A stretch of DNA of 64,000 bases from Octopus vulgaris (Eukaryota): contig OX597827.1 of assembly GCA_951406725.2 (NCBI GenBank), forward strand, positions 38,254,001 through 38,318,000, read 5' to 3'. Below, piece by piece: positions 41,199 through 55,227 of this stretch. The position numbers and the translations under genes were made by a program. Each line of letters begins with the position of its first letter. Positions within the stretch are counted from its first letter, which is position 1. Under the pieces are notes generated by a model. It saw only the letters and a list, made by a program, of their open reading frames with translations, searched no databases and had not been told where the DNA came from.

Positions 41199-41482
41199 TT
41201 TCTGTATGTATGTATGTATGTATGTATGTGCCTATAAGCTCTGGCATGGCTGTGTGACAAGATGTTTGTTTCTCAGCCACATGATTCTGCATTCAGTCAT
41301 GTTGTGTGGGTAGGTGTCTTCCATTATAGCCCCAGATTGACAAAAGCTTTATAAAATAAATACCCAGGTTTGAAAACGTATGTCCGGGGGTTGATTTGTT
41401 TGACTAAATTCAGTCCAGTAACTGAAAGAAGTAAAAGATAAAGATATATACATATGTGCATGTATATATAGATATGTATGTA

Positions 41483-41586
<104 letters not shown>

Positions 41587-42081
41587 AAAAGGAAAACAAA
41601 ATATATGTGAATGTGTTTATTATATTGTTTCACTCATTGGAATGATGATGCTACCCACTGCCATCTCCACCGACAGTTGAGCAAACCAATAATAGTACTT
41701 ATGGTTTTTTTTTAAAAGTTTGGTACTTATTCTAGCAGTCTCTTTTATCAAACTGCTAATTTATAGGGATGCAAACAAACTAACACTGGTTGTCAAGCAG
41801 TAAAAAACAAATGCAAAGTGAAGACCCCACACACACATACACGTGTGTATGTGTAAATATATCAGAAGATAATCTCAACCAAATAGCAATGAAAATATTT
41901 TAAATATTAGAAACAAATTAGTAACGATGTGAACAATTAAAACTTTATATATTTGACTACTAGAGACCTTGTGTGTGTATATATATATGTACATGCATGT
42001 ATATATGTGTGTATGTGTATAGATATGTATGTGTATATATATAGATATGTGTGTATATATGTATGTATATATATATAGATA

Positions 42082-42126
<45 letters not shown>

Positions 42127-43959
42127 GTGTGTGTGGGCTCACACACACACACAGAGGAGTGAGAAATACACCCATGCATAATATGCTGTGCCAGAGAGAG
42201 AGAGAGAGAGAGAGAGAAAGAACAAAAATGGTGACATGGAATGATGATGCTACCCACTGCCATCTCCACCGACACTCTCCAACCACCACACCCTCGCTGC
42301 CTCTACTTTGTATCCCTACTCCATTCCGCTTCACTTGTCACTATCTATTGTTGTATCGTGGAAAAAGCAGCAGCTTCTCCACCGTGTTTTGCTGTTGTTG
42401 CAGTCTCATGCATGCAACACATCGTGTCTTTTATGGTGGTAGTAAAGCTCTTGGTGGTGTTGTCGTTGTCATTGTTGGTGATGGTTATTGTGGTGGATAT
42501 ATGAACCATTTCCAAGTGGTGGATGGGTAACACAACTTATGAATAGTGTGAAGCAAAATAACTGTAATTATTTTTAATGTGGCCCTCTACATATTCGAGC
42601 CCAAATTCTGCCTAAATGTAGCCTTGACTTTCATACTTCTGTGGTCGATAAAATAGGGTGTCATCATGTACTAGGGTTAATTTAATCAACTGTAGCCCCA
42701 CCCACTCCCTTCCTCTCCACCCAAATTTAAGGTCTTGTGCCACCGTTAAAAATCCATATTAAGGCATAGCTGAGATTTTAGTCCAAACATATGAGAAGCA
42801 TGTTAAGCTGAAGACAAACGACATTTATGTGATAGAGTGGGAGGCTGAGATCGAAGTACCCCCCTCTGTCTGTGCTGTTTTCTCTCTCTCTTTCTCTCTT
42901 CTTTGACACATGCTTCCATTCCAATGAATGCCGTTTTTGACTGCCACTACATAATGTGTAGAGTATCTACACACACACTGTTGTATTTTTGTGTGTGTAT
43001 AATATATACATACTATATATATATATATATATATAATCATCAGAAATTGCAAAGTGAATCAAGACCCGAGAGTTTCATGCATGTGTGTGTGTGTGAGTGC
43101 ATACACACATACATGCCTATGCATTTATCTGTGTGTGTGTGTGTATGTGTATTAGTACAATATTAATAATATATTTAAATTTATATTTTATTATAGATAA
43201 TCTCTTTCGTTATTAATTGAATTTTTGAGGGAGATTCTGTCTCTTAATTCTCTATATATATATATATTTATTGGTAGCATTTCCTGCATGAATGCAATGC
43301 ATGCATAAACAAATGCAAATAACAAATTTGATTTTAATATGAATTTAAATTCTTTCATTTATGCGAGAGACATCAGCTGAAAAAATGGGTACACACATGC
43401 TGCATGTACCCTGCTTCTATTACGTGGAGTTTTGGAAATTGTACTCTTGATTGATCCATCATAGATGATGCACATTCTTACACACATGCACACATAGCAC
43501 CACACATGCAGATAGCTTGCTGGTGGGGGTGAGGTGGCGGAGGGGGGGGGGCAAAAACTCAAATGGGTATAAAAAGAAAAATAGACTGATTTGTAGTTGG
43601 AGAATGTGGTGGATTGCAAGAGTGATTGAATGATTGATTGATTGATTGATTGACAGAAAAATAGATAGATCAAATGATTCATAGAAAAATAGATAGATTA
43701 AATGATTCATAGAAAAATAGATGGATTGATAAAAAAAAATTTTAGGAAAAGAGAAAATAGAAAGCTACATGGATTGATGTACGTATGCATATATAACTAT
43801 CAGCCTATCCATCTAACTATCCAGCTAGATGGAAGGATGAATGAATGAATGCACAGCTAGATAGATGGATGGCTGCATGCATGCATGAACAGATAGCTGG
43901 CTAGCTAGATCGATAAGATGACTAGACGCCATGCCTGTTGACATGTCTTTGACCTACCA

Positions 43960-44285
43960 TGTGATGTAGTAGTAGTGGTTGTGGTGGTGACAGTTGCGTT
44001 TGTAGTAGTGGTGGTGGTGGTAGTAGTGACATTGCTGGTAAAGACTAGTGATGAGGGTAGTTGTAGTAGTAGTAGTAGTAGTAGTGGTTGTAATAGTGGT
44101 GATGGTTGTGGTAGTAATAAGTATTGGTGGTGGTGATGTTGCTGGTAATAACTGTGGTGGTAGTTGTGGTATTTGTGGTGATGGTTGCAGTAGCAGCAGC
44201 AGCAGTAGTAGTAGTAGTGGTGGTGGTGGTAGTAGTAGTAGTGGTGGTGGTGGTGGTGGTGGTTTTTTAGTAGTAGTAGTAGTAG
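43960..44285. repeat. (GGT/AGT/AGC)n trinucleotide low-complexity tract
   Basis: Direct reading of the sequence. Confidence 0.92.
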
Positions 44286-44767
44286 GCAATCTCCTCCCTG
44301 GTCAGGTCTTGCAGCCCTGCTTTCATCTAGTCATCCTCTCTACTATGCATTTACTTGATTTGCTAAAAATAGCAGCCAAGTCTCCCTGAAATCACACCCT
44401 CTCTACTATCATTCAGCAAAATGATGTAGAGATTGAATTATGATAGTCTGTCCTGGTTATGCAAAAATACAGAATGATCAAGCAAGGAAAGTTTTCAATT
44501 TTAAATCTACTCAATCAGAAACGGCTTGGTTAATTAAACAACACAATCCTTTTTTCCATTCCTTATTAGAAGGAATTCCACCACTTCACTCTACTCATTA
44601 CAGAATGAGAGGAGAAAGAGGCAGGCATGAATGCCACAGTGCTTCATACTGCTCTGATAATTTTGAGTCATTTTGCCATCAAAGTGACAGAAATGGGGAG
44701 CTGTCTGGCTTAGATGCTTTTCTTTTATGATGAAATCCTTGTGACATGCTAGAATTTTGTCTTTATA

Positions 44768-45122
44768 CTAGCAGTATCGCCCGGCGTTGCTCGGGTTTGT
44801 AAGGGAAATAACTATAAAGCACTTTTAGAGAGTTATAGCCAAAAAATGGGGAAAAAATGATGGTAATTTTTTTTGAGAGTTAAAAAGGTCGAGTTGCATC
44901 CCCTAGACAGTCTGTGGTTTGTGTTTCTGATTCTCGACCCCATGTCGAATTTATCGATTTTTTTCAGAACTGAGGGAACTTTTCAAAATTTTCGCTGCGT
45001 TAGTTTTGAATTATGACATTGGGCTATGTGTGTGTCAAGTTTCATCAGAATCGGTTGAAAGCCGTGGTCAGGGTGAGGGTACAACCTAACAGACACACAG
45101 ACACGCAGACAGACAAACTGCC

Positions 45123-45135
<13 letters not shown>
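44768..45135 (-). mobile_element. Non-autonomous Helitron
   Basis: First ~45 bp (ctagcagtatcgcccggcgttgctcgggtttgtaagggaaataa) identical to the 7827 copy; the other end merges into (TA)n. Confidence 0.82.
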
Positions 45136-45183
<48 letters not shown>

Positions 45184-45229
45184 CATATATAACATATAAT
45201 ATATATATATACATATATAATATGTAGGC

Positions 45230-47534
45230 ACAGAAGGTTCTGGGTTCAGTCACACTGCATGACACCATAGGCAAGTGTCTTCTACTGTTGCCTTCGGCCA
45301 ACCAAAGCCTTGTGGGTGGATTTTATAGACGGAAATTGGAAGAAGCCTATCGTGTGTATATATGTGTGTGTATGTATGTATGTGTGTGTGTATCTTTGTC
45401 TCTATGTTTGCTCTCCCCCCATCACCGCTTGTCAACCAGTATTGGTGTGTTTATGTTCCTGTAACTTAGCAGTTCAGCAATAGAAATCAATAGTAAAGTA
45501 CTAAACTTAAAATAAAAAAAAAGAGTTCTGGTGGTTAATTTGTTCAACTAGGATGCAGTGCTCCAGCATGACAACAGTCAAATGATTGAAACAAGTAAAA
45601 GAAAAATAAAAGAATATATATATATATATATATATATATGGTGGGACTCTCCTGTTGAAGACGATGTACGAGAATTCAGCCTTTGCCAAATGACCCACAC
45701 AAATGATTTGTTTATTGTGATTAAATATTTGTGCCACACATTTGTCTCTCTCTCCGTTAAATCAACATTGTCTGAACAGGTGCACGGTGTACCCATGCAT
45801 CAGGTGTCGAAGTGATAGCAGAGCAACATGTGATGGAAGTGTTTTGCTCAAGAAGACAATGCCTCTTCCCACCCTGGTCTTGGAATTGAAAGCATGATCT
45901 TGCAATTGTGACTACAACAACTAGGTCATGTGACCTCGGCTGTGTGGTATGTAGCTTGCTTATGAACCGTTTGGTTCCGGGTTCAGTCTCATGGCGTGGC
46001 ACCCTGGGCAAGTGTCTTCTACTATAGCCTCGGGCTGACCAAAGCCTTGTGAGTGGATTTGGTAGACCGAAACTGAAAGAAGTCCGTCATATATATGTAT
46101 GTGTATATGTATGTGTGTGTGTATGTGTATTTATATGTTTGTGTGTCTGTGTTTGTCCTCCCAACATCGCTTGACAACTGATATTGGTGTGTTTATGTCC
46201 CTATAACTTAGCAGTTCAGCAAAAGCGACCGATAGAATAAGTACTAGGCTTACAAAGAATAAGTCCTGGGATCGATTTGCTCAACTAAAGGCGGTACTCC
46301 AGCATGGCCACAGTCAAATAACTGAAACACGTAAAAGGGTAAAAGAAAGTAAAGAGTATAATTATGTCAGTGAACTGGCAGAATTGTTTCTATGGCAGCA
46401 AAATGCTTAGTGGGATTTCATCAGTTTTTATGTTCTGAGTCAAATTCCATGAGGTTGACTTTGCCTTTCATCCTTTCAGGGTTGATAAAATAAGTACCAG
46501 TTGAACAGTTAGGTCAATTTAATTGACTTAGCCAACCCCCTTCATATTATACCCAGGACTGAATGCCCAAACCTGTTATGAAATGTATTCCAGCCATGAC
46601 CATCCTGTCATTTTATATATATCAGCAATACTGTGCTTATGAAAAAAAACAGGAGTGGCTATAGGTGCAGGCATGGCTGTGTGGTAAGAAGCTTGCTTCC
46701 CAACCACATGGTTCTGGGTTCAGTCCTACTGCATGGCACCTTGGGCAAGCATCTTCTACTATAGCCTTGGGCCAACCAAAGCCTTGTGAGTGGATTTGGT
46801 AGACAGAATTTGAAAGAAGCCTATCATTTATATATATATATATATATATATATGTTTGTGTGTGTCTGTGTTTGCCTCCCCCCTATTGTTTGACAACCGA
46901 TGTTTGTGTGTTTACATTCCCATAACTTAGCAGTTTGGCAAAAGAGACTAACAGAATAAGAATGAGGCTTACAATGAATAAGTCCTGGAATCGATTTATT
47001 CGACTATAGGTGGTGCTCCAGCGTGGCCACAGTCTAATGACTGAAATAAGTTAAAGAATAAACTGTAGTGTGATTTGAATGACATTTAACTGCTATTTCT
47101 AGCATACTGAATGTTCACATAGTTGCTCCCTCAGCAGCTCAATCGCTGATAAGTATTGGTTATTCAGTTGCAGAATCTAATCAAGTAAGGTGTTGGGGCC
47201 CCCCAGACAGGAATGATGACACTGGATCAAAAGGAGTTGTGCTAGGTTATAGTTCTGACCTGACTTTACCCAACTCATTCTTCCAGGGAATAACATATGT
47301 TAAAATATCCTGATGGTGATGATGACGGTGGTAGTGGTGATGGTGATGATGATATAGTAAGGATTTATATAAAAGTGCAAACACACATACACACACACAA
47401 ACACACAATTTGTGATGGGGTTATATGGTTGTACTAAACAAACAAAAGAAAGGAAGTGAAAATAACCTCCTCCCCTTCCAATTTTGTCCAAAAATAACAT
47501 AAACTATCTCACTCCTGTATACATACATGTGTAT

Positions 47535-47573
<39 letters not shown>

Positions 47574-47663
47574 TAATCCAAACAAGAAAACAAATAGACA
47601 ACAACGCAAGGATGTGGAACAAATAAAGTATTATTGGACGCTCAGGAAAGAAGGGAAGAAAGA

Positions 47664-47700
<37 letters not shown>

Positions 47701-48167
47701 AGCAGGAGTGGTTGTGTGGTAAGAAGCTTGCTTCCCAACCATAGCAAGTGTCATCTGCTATAGCCTCAGAGTGTCCAAACCCTTTGGAAGTAGCTTTGGT
47801 AGACAGAAACTGAATGAAGCCCATCGTTTATATATATATATGTATTTGTGTGTCTGTGTTTGTCTCCCCACCATCACTTGATAACTGATGTTTCTGTGTT
47901 TACATTCCTATAACATAGCAGTTCAGCAAAAGAGACTGATAGAATAAGCACTAGGCTTACAAAGAATAGGCCCATTGTTCGACCAACGGTGGAGTTCCAG
48001 CATGGCCACAGTCAAATGATTGAAACAAGTAAAAGAATATATACATATATATGTATATATAGGTGCTAGAATAGCTGTATTCTAAAAAGTTTGTTTCCCA
48101 ACTATGTGATTCAGGCCAACCAAATTCTTTGTAAATGGATTTGGTAGAAGAAACTGAAAGAAGCCTG

Positions 48168-48214
<47 letters not shown>

Positions 48215-48898
48215 AGTATGTTATTAATAATAAAATTAATAATATTAGTGGCTATTCAAAGCATGAACCGTGCAGGCAAGTTAAAAAAAATATGATGATA
48301 GTGGAAGAGTACCAGCTTTGCTAGAGATAGAATTCAAATGACCTCGGAAACCACAGAGAGCTCACTTTAGGAACAAGCATGGTGAAAATAGATATACATA
48401 CATGTGTGTGTGTCTTTGTGTTTGTCCTTCGCACCACCTGACAAGCAGTGTTGGTGTGTTTATGTCTCTGTAATTTAGTGGTTGAGCATAAGATACCAGG
48501 TTTTAAAAAAAAAATGTAAAAAAAAATAAGTACTGGGGTCAATTCATTCCACTAAAACTCTTCAAAGCAGTGCCCCAACATGGCCACAGTCCAATGGCTA
48601 AAACAAGTAAAAGATAAAAGACATATTATATATATATATTTTATCCTTTGAAACGTAGAGTAGATGAAACCTTAGCGACTGAAGAAGGGGTTTTTTCTTT
48701 GTGTTAATTGTCCTGTACTCCATTTTTTTGTTGTTTTTAAAAAAATGTCCAGTTCCTTTGGTTTGTGTCTATGTTTTCGTTTCTCTTTGTGTTCGACGTC
48801 CCTTTGGTGTCCTGTACTCATATATGCGTGTATATGTACATGTAGAGGTAGGTACGTACATATATGTTTATATATATGCATATGTTTTATTTCATTTA

Positions 48899-48943
<45 letters not shown>

Positions 48944-49113
48944 CTAGGGAGTAAATTTCTAAATATAAATTAAAAGTTTTTGATTTAAATATTTTAATTT
49001 AAAATTTTATATTTTATATATTTTGTATATTATATTAATTATATTTATTTTTATGTTTTGGTTTATGTTTTTCATTGTTTGATTTGCCTAATAGTGGTTT
49101 TATCTCTAATTTA

Positions 49114-49163
<50 letters not shown>

Positions 49164-49780
49164 TTTTATTCTTTTACTTGTTTCAGTCATCTGACTGCAG
49201 CCATGCTGGAGCATTGCCTTGAAGGGTCTTAGTTGAATAAATTAACCCTCAAGATTTAATTTTTTTCAGCCTAATACTTTTTCTATCATTCTGTTTTGCT
49301 GAACCACTTAGTTGCAGGGACATAAACACACCAACATCAGTTGTTAAGAAGCGGTAATGGACACACACACACATAGATATATACATGTCATTGTAAACTT
49401 AACTGCACATAACTATTGGTGTGGCTGTGTGGTGAGAAGTTTGCTTGCCAGCCACATGGTTCCAGGTTCAGTCCCATTGCATGTAATTTTGAGCAAGTGT
49501 CTTGTTCTATAGCCTCAAGCCAATAAAAGCCTTGTGAATAGATTTGGTCAGTGGAAACTAAAAGAAGCCTGTCATATGTGTGTTTGTCTTCCCCCCCCCA
49601 CAGCTTGACAAGTGGTATTGGTTTGTTTACATCCCCATAACTTAGTGCTTCAGCAAAAGAGTCTGATAGAATAAGGCTTTAAAAAAAAGTACAGTGGTCA
49701 TTTCACTCAGCTAAAATTCTTCAAAGCATTGCCTCAGCATGGCTTCAGCCTAATAACTGAAACAAGTTAAAGATAAAAGA
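45230..49780 (+). mobile_element. Dense run of CORE-like SINEs (45230-45610, 45935-46360, 46665-47060, 47698-48040, 48060-48620, 49420-49780 on +; 49165-49370 on -)
   Basis: Repeated family head, core and tail motifs. Confidence 0.85.
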
Positions 49781-50393
49781 TATTTATATATTTATACACA
49801 CACACACACACACGCACTAGCTTGTATGCATCTTTGTGTGCTTGTATGTAATATAAACAGGGATTACATTCTTGGGCAATGTTTTCATCAAATTAGTCCT
49901 TCAGTTAATTACACATCGATAGTTTGAGAATTTCCTGACAACTAAAAATATCAGTCAAGCAAATCCAGGGTCTGAGTATGCAATCCCAGTTTACTTTGCA
50001 CATAAGCATAATTCAGATACTACCTGCACATCCAGTAATTTTACAATTTTTGTACCACAACATAAGCAAAATCACATGTGTAAGTGAGTGAGTGAGCGTA
50101 TGTATGTGTGTGTGTGTGTGTGTGTGCATGCTCATGTGTGTGCTGTTTATTATTTTTATATTTGTTTCAGTTATTGAACTGCAACTATGCTGCTGCACAC
50201 TGCCATGAATGGTTTAGTAAATTAAATCAACCCCAGTACTTATTTCTTGTATGTGGTTGTGACTGTTATAAACTCCCTTTTTGCTTTAAATTGAAGTAAT
50301 TTTATATGGCCAGTATAAACAAACAAGTTGGGAAATGTATGTTTATGTTTTTGTTTTGCAAGATTCTTGATGTGAAAACGTGTGTTGAAACAG

Positions 50394-50493
50394 ATATTGT
50401 TATACTTGGGGATGGTCATCTTTTGTCAGTTAAACATGTGCATGTGCATGTGTTTAACTAGCAAACGATGACCATCTCTAAGTATAACAGTAT
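50394..50493 (+). other. 100-nt near-perfect fold-back hairpin
   Basis: 50-nt arms with about six G.U pairs and two mismatches on the + strand. Confidence 0.85.
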
Positions 50494-50654
50494 TAGAAAA
50501 TATACACAGATACATGCTTTTATACATACATATCTACATACTTATACACATATATACATATGTGAAAACAAAGTTCAGAAATATAATATAATCTCTCAGA
50601 GTTGTATATACATACACACTAAAAAGAAGTTACTTTCTCGAATCATACTGACTC

Positions 50655-50872
50655 AAAAGGGTCGGTATCCTGGTTTCATAGAGCATAGATCTCCACCTGG
50701 ACGGGACACCGGTCCATTGCAGGATTACTCATTTTTGCCAGCTGAGTGGACTGGAGCAACATGAAATGAAGTGTTTTGCTCCAGAACACAATGCGTCGTC
50801 CGGTCTAGGAATCGAAACCACAATCTTAAAATCACAAGTCCAACACCCTAACCACTAAGCCATGTGCCTCCA
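50655..50872 (-). mobile_element. Meta-domain-like tRNA SINE
   Basis: ggaggcacatggcttagtggttagggtg head, B-box ggtttcgattcc, and cctgcaatggaccggtgtcccgtccagg. Confidence 0.85.
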
Positions 50873-51312
50873 CACACCTATACACACACACACACACACA
50901 CACACATATATGTGATAATCAATGTTGCACCAGGAGCAAAGAATAGTTTTCACATTGTTTTGGGCAATGGAATGGATGATAATTTCAAGAATGCTTGTAC
51001 TGATAACATATTTCTGAGATGCATTGTTTGAGAAAGATGCCTCTTGAATTGAGGACAATGTCCATTCAATAGGTCTCCACACACATTTACTTGCTGGGCT
51101 TTGTTTTACTTCAAAGTGGCACCAACTAGGATTGAACCTATAGCCATGCAAATTTACAAATGGACTGCTTGAACACTCATTCATTTAGCTATACTGTGTG
51201 TGTTAGTGTGTGTGTGTGTGTGTGTATTTGTATGAGTACATATATATGTATACATACATACATACATACATATATATATATATATACACACACACATATA
51301 CATACACGAGTG

Positions 51313-51343
<31 letters not shown>

Positions 51344-52280
51344 CACTTAATGTGATTGCTTTCAGTCAAAGCCTTTTGGACAACAACAGCCAGTTATCTT
51401 ATCAAACATCATCTGTGCCAATAGTAAGTGGCTTCCATATTATTGTGTGTGTGTGTGTGTGTGTGTGTGTGATATTTGTGGTTTATCCATAGGCATTGAA
51501 AAATCACTAAATAAATATTCAGATTTAACAGCCAAACTTTGTGTGTGTGTGTGTGTGTTAGTATAGGCTAGTAGGCTTGTGTGTATATTCATATATATGT
51601 GTGTGCATTTACTGTTTCATACCAGTTTTCCCTTGCATACAGTGGTGAGATGGTATTGGAACAACTATTTTTACAGCTGGATGTTTCTACATATTCAACT
51701 GTAAAGTAGGGAGTGAAACATGATTTAGGCTGTATTTTTGTGTCAGGCAAACTGGAGCAACATGAGTATATATATGTATATATATATGTGTGTGTGTGTG
51801 TACAGAGTTATGTTTAGGTGTTCAGCTATTGATCGTATGGTTATGAGTTCTATCTAAACATAACTATTAATAGGGCCCTGTATTCGAAACAGACTGGTGA
51901 TGGCTTTCTTTCTCTGCATTTGCTGAATCCATTTCAACATAGTATAGCATGTAATTACTGCTTGCATTACACCACACACACACACACACCTAAGGTCATT
52001 AAAATAAGCTATAGATTCGGCTATGTGTAGGGATTGATATAGTTAACATCTTTTAAAGGCAGTTCCCCTTGCATAGCTGCAGTATAATGACTAAACTAAT
52101 TAGGTGTATGTGTGTAATGAAAATATTCAGTTATTACAATGCATCTTAATTATTTAAAAAATTGTAAATGAAATTTTTACCACTGCAGAAGAAAACCCTA
52201 GGTGAACTTTGACACTCTATACATATCATCATCATCATCATCATCGTTTATATATATGTATGTATGTATGTATATATGTA

Positions 52281-52349
<69 letters not shown>

Positions 52350-52729
52350 TCTTTTACTTGTTTCAGTCATTTGACTGTGGCCATGCTGGAGCACCACCTT
52401 GAGTTGAGCAAATTGACCCCAGGACTTATTCTTTGTAAGCCTAGTACTTATTCTATCGACCTCTTTTGCCGAACCACTAAGTTACGGGAACGTAAACACA
52501 CCAGCATCGGTTGTCAAGCGATGTTAGGGGGGGGGGGGGACAAACACATACACACACATACATATATACGACAGGCTTCTTTCAGTTTCCGTCTACCAAA
52601 TCCGCTCACAAGGTTGTGGTCAGCCCAAGGCTATAGTAGAAGACACTTGCCCAGGGTGTCACGCTGTGGGACTGAACTCGGAACCATGTGGTTGTTAAGC
52701 AAGCTACTTACCACACCGCCACTCCTACG

Positions 52730-52732
<3 letters not shown>
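52350..52732 (-). mobile_element. CORE-like SINE, full length
   Basis: Same family as 20170-20582. Confidence 0.9.
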
Positions 52733-52775
<43 letters not shown>

Positions 52776-52781
<6 letters not shown>

Positions 52782-53419
52782 GTGATGGGTAAATTGTCAC
52801 CATTTTATATTTGTAATTTCACACATGAGCATTGTTTTTGATTTTGTCAAATACACAGTATAGGAGGGTCAGTTGGGCACCATCTGTGAGAAAAATAGCA
52901 CCATGATGCAATTCACTCTGCCAGAAATTTGGAAACAACATGCTGTATTACTTGGCATTTGTTTCAGAGTGTTCGGGTGTCAATCTGAGGACAGTGCAGA
53001 GGATTTGGAAAGAGTTTGATGAGTCTAATGGTGATTATGAAGGTACAGCAGCTCGGAAAACTCACTCTGATCATTCTGATTAGAAAAGAGTTCCTGAATT
53101 TGTTGGTAAGGTCCAGGCCATGAATGACAACAATCCCCCCAAGTCAATCAGCTCCATTGCCTGGGACATGGGAGTGCCTGGGTTTCTTATCAGGCAGGTA
53201 GCACATGATGACATTTGGTATTCCTGATACAAGATGAGAAAGGGCCAATTTTTATCTCAAGCCATCAAGGACAAGGTGAAAGACTGTGCTACGAAGCTTT
53301 TGAACAAACTCAAGCATCCCCTCAATCCAAACATACTTTGGTTTTTCTCAGACAAGAAAAATTTCTGCCAGGATCAGATGGTGAACACGTAGAACAACCG
53401 TTGGCTTGCCGTGTCCCCA
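52776..53419 (+). pseudogene. Tc1/mariner DD37D (maT-like) transposon, 5' half
   Basis: GVNLRTVQRIWKEFDES...PEFVGKVQAMNDNNPPKSISSIAWDMGV...YKMRKGQFLS...LLNKLKHP..ILWFFSDKKNFCQDQMVNT*NNRWLA: HTH regions plus the first catalytic motif FSDEKxF; has stops; truncated by a SINE at 53420. Confidence 0.88.
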
Positions 53420-54712
53420 AACCGCTAAGTATGGTGACGTAAACATACCAGCACGGTTCAGCAAAAGAGATCGATAGAATAAGTACTAGGCTTACAAAGA
53501 ATAAGTCCTGGGGTCGATTTCTTCAACTAAAAACCCTTTAAGGTGGTGCTCCAACATGGCCACAGTCAAATGACTGAGAAAACGAAAAGAATAAAAGAAA
53601 GAATATGTCTGTGTGTATGTGTGTGTGTGTGTAGCGGACGTTAGACGATGATAAGGATGAGGATGATGATATATATATATATATATATATATAAAGCGGA
53701 CAGTAAACAGTGATGATGATGATATATAGAGGGAGAGAGAGAGAGTAGGTTTTTGTGCTTTACCTAATGAAACACTAATACCATATCTTTTCTGGTACTA
53801 CTCCATAACCTTTTAACCTCTCAGACATCTTTTTACATAATGTCCACTTGCATGTGTAAAATGTATCTAATTTTCCTCAATGGTTATGTTTGGAATTGAT
53901 TGACATATGGTTTGTATATACTGGTGGTCTTCATCTTTGAGGATATATGCCGGATGTGAGTGATGATAGTAGTGTAAGGGCCTTTGGGAAAAGTTAGCAG
54001 AGGTCGTATTTGACTGGGTTGACCCATACGTTAAATGACTAATGTTACACTCTACCCTATCAATCATTACTGCTATATGTGTAAAACATAATACATATAA
54101 CCACAGGTTAGGCATTGTAGCTAAGAAGTTAGCTTCACAACCACCTCATGGTCTTTGTCTCAATCCCAATGAACAGCACTTTGGGCATATCCTTGGACTG
54201 ACCAACATTTTTTGATTGAGATTTGGCAAACAGAAATTGTGCAGGCTCAATAATATATAGTTCCAGTGAAATGTTGAAGTCAGTTTAATCAACTAACCTG
54301 CTTATTTGAATTTCTGGCCTTGTATCTATATTAGAAATAATCATCATTATTATTACCCCTCTCAGTTCATACTACACTTCACCTTCAGTCAAGTAGTCTC
54401 GTCTTGGTAACCTCACTGGAGCTGGTGCCACATAAAACACACCCAGTACACTCTGTAAAGTGATTGGTATTATGAAGGGACATCCAGCTGTAGAAACCAT
54501 ACCAAAGCAGGCATTGGAGCTTGGCGTAGTCCTTTTGCTCTCCAGCTCCTTTCAAACCATCCAGCCTATGTCAGCATGAAAAATAGTGAATTCTACTGCT
54601 AATGCTGCTAATAATAATTTTTCAGCACAAAATTACTTGAGTTATCTGAGTGTAGTTCAGAACACTTGTTCTGGTTCACTGCACTCTGAATTCAAGTCCT
54701 GCTAAGGTCAAC

Positions 54713-55204
54713 TTAGCCCTTTAGCATTCACATTATTCTGTCAAATGTAATGCTTATTTAATTACACTATTTTGAATTAATTATGAATTGTTTATTTATT
54801 CATATTGTTCTGAATCAATTACGTCTTATCTTGTAGCTTCAAGATTTCAAAGTTGTGATAATATATCTCCAGAACGACATTGTAGGGTATGTATGAGAAA
54901 CTGGATCTAGCTGGTTTGAACATAAAACAGATAGGAAATTTGGGCTGGATATGTCTAGATTAAATGCTAAAGAGTTAACCCTTTTGTTACCATATTTCTG
55001 TTAAGATGCTCTGTGTTTCTTTCAATTAATTTTAAATATAACAAAGAATTTAGTAAAATAACTTAGTTATCATTAAGCTAGTGTTAGGAACATAAATTGT
55101 GACTAAGGTTTGGTGGAAGATTTTAATTCAGAACTTATGAAAACAAGACATTTGTACTACAGAGCCAGGGGCGGTTTCAGGCAGGTTGGTATCAAAAGGG
55201 TTAA
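54713..55204. mobile_element. Two abutting piggyBac-type MITEs (A then B) sharing the TTAA at 54975-54978
   Basis: CCCTTTAGCATT..AATGCTAAAGAG-TTAA-CCCTTTTG..CAAAAGGG-TTAA. Confidence 0.85.
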
Positions 55205-55227
55205 AGATGTTGGTTTGACAAAACTGA

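Noticed and set aside
43359-43480. Non-repetitive peptide IIYDGSIKSTISKTPRNRSRVHAAC
   Set aside because: No recognisable family and no clear splice boundaries.
50920-54115. Unique-looking minus-strand ORFs at 50855-51184 and 53867-54115
   Set aside because: No motif recognised; could be decayed transposon or chance frames; cannot be supported without a search.
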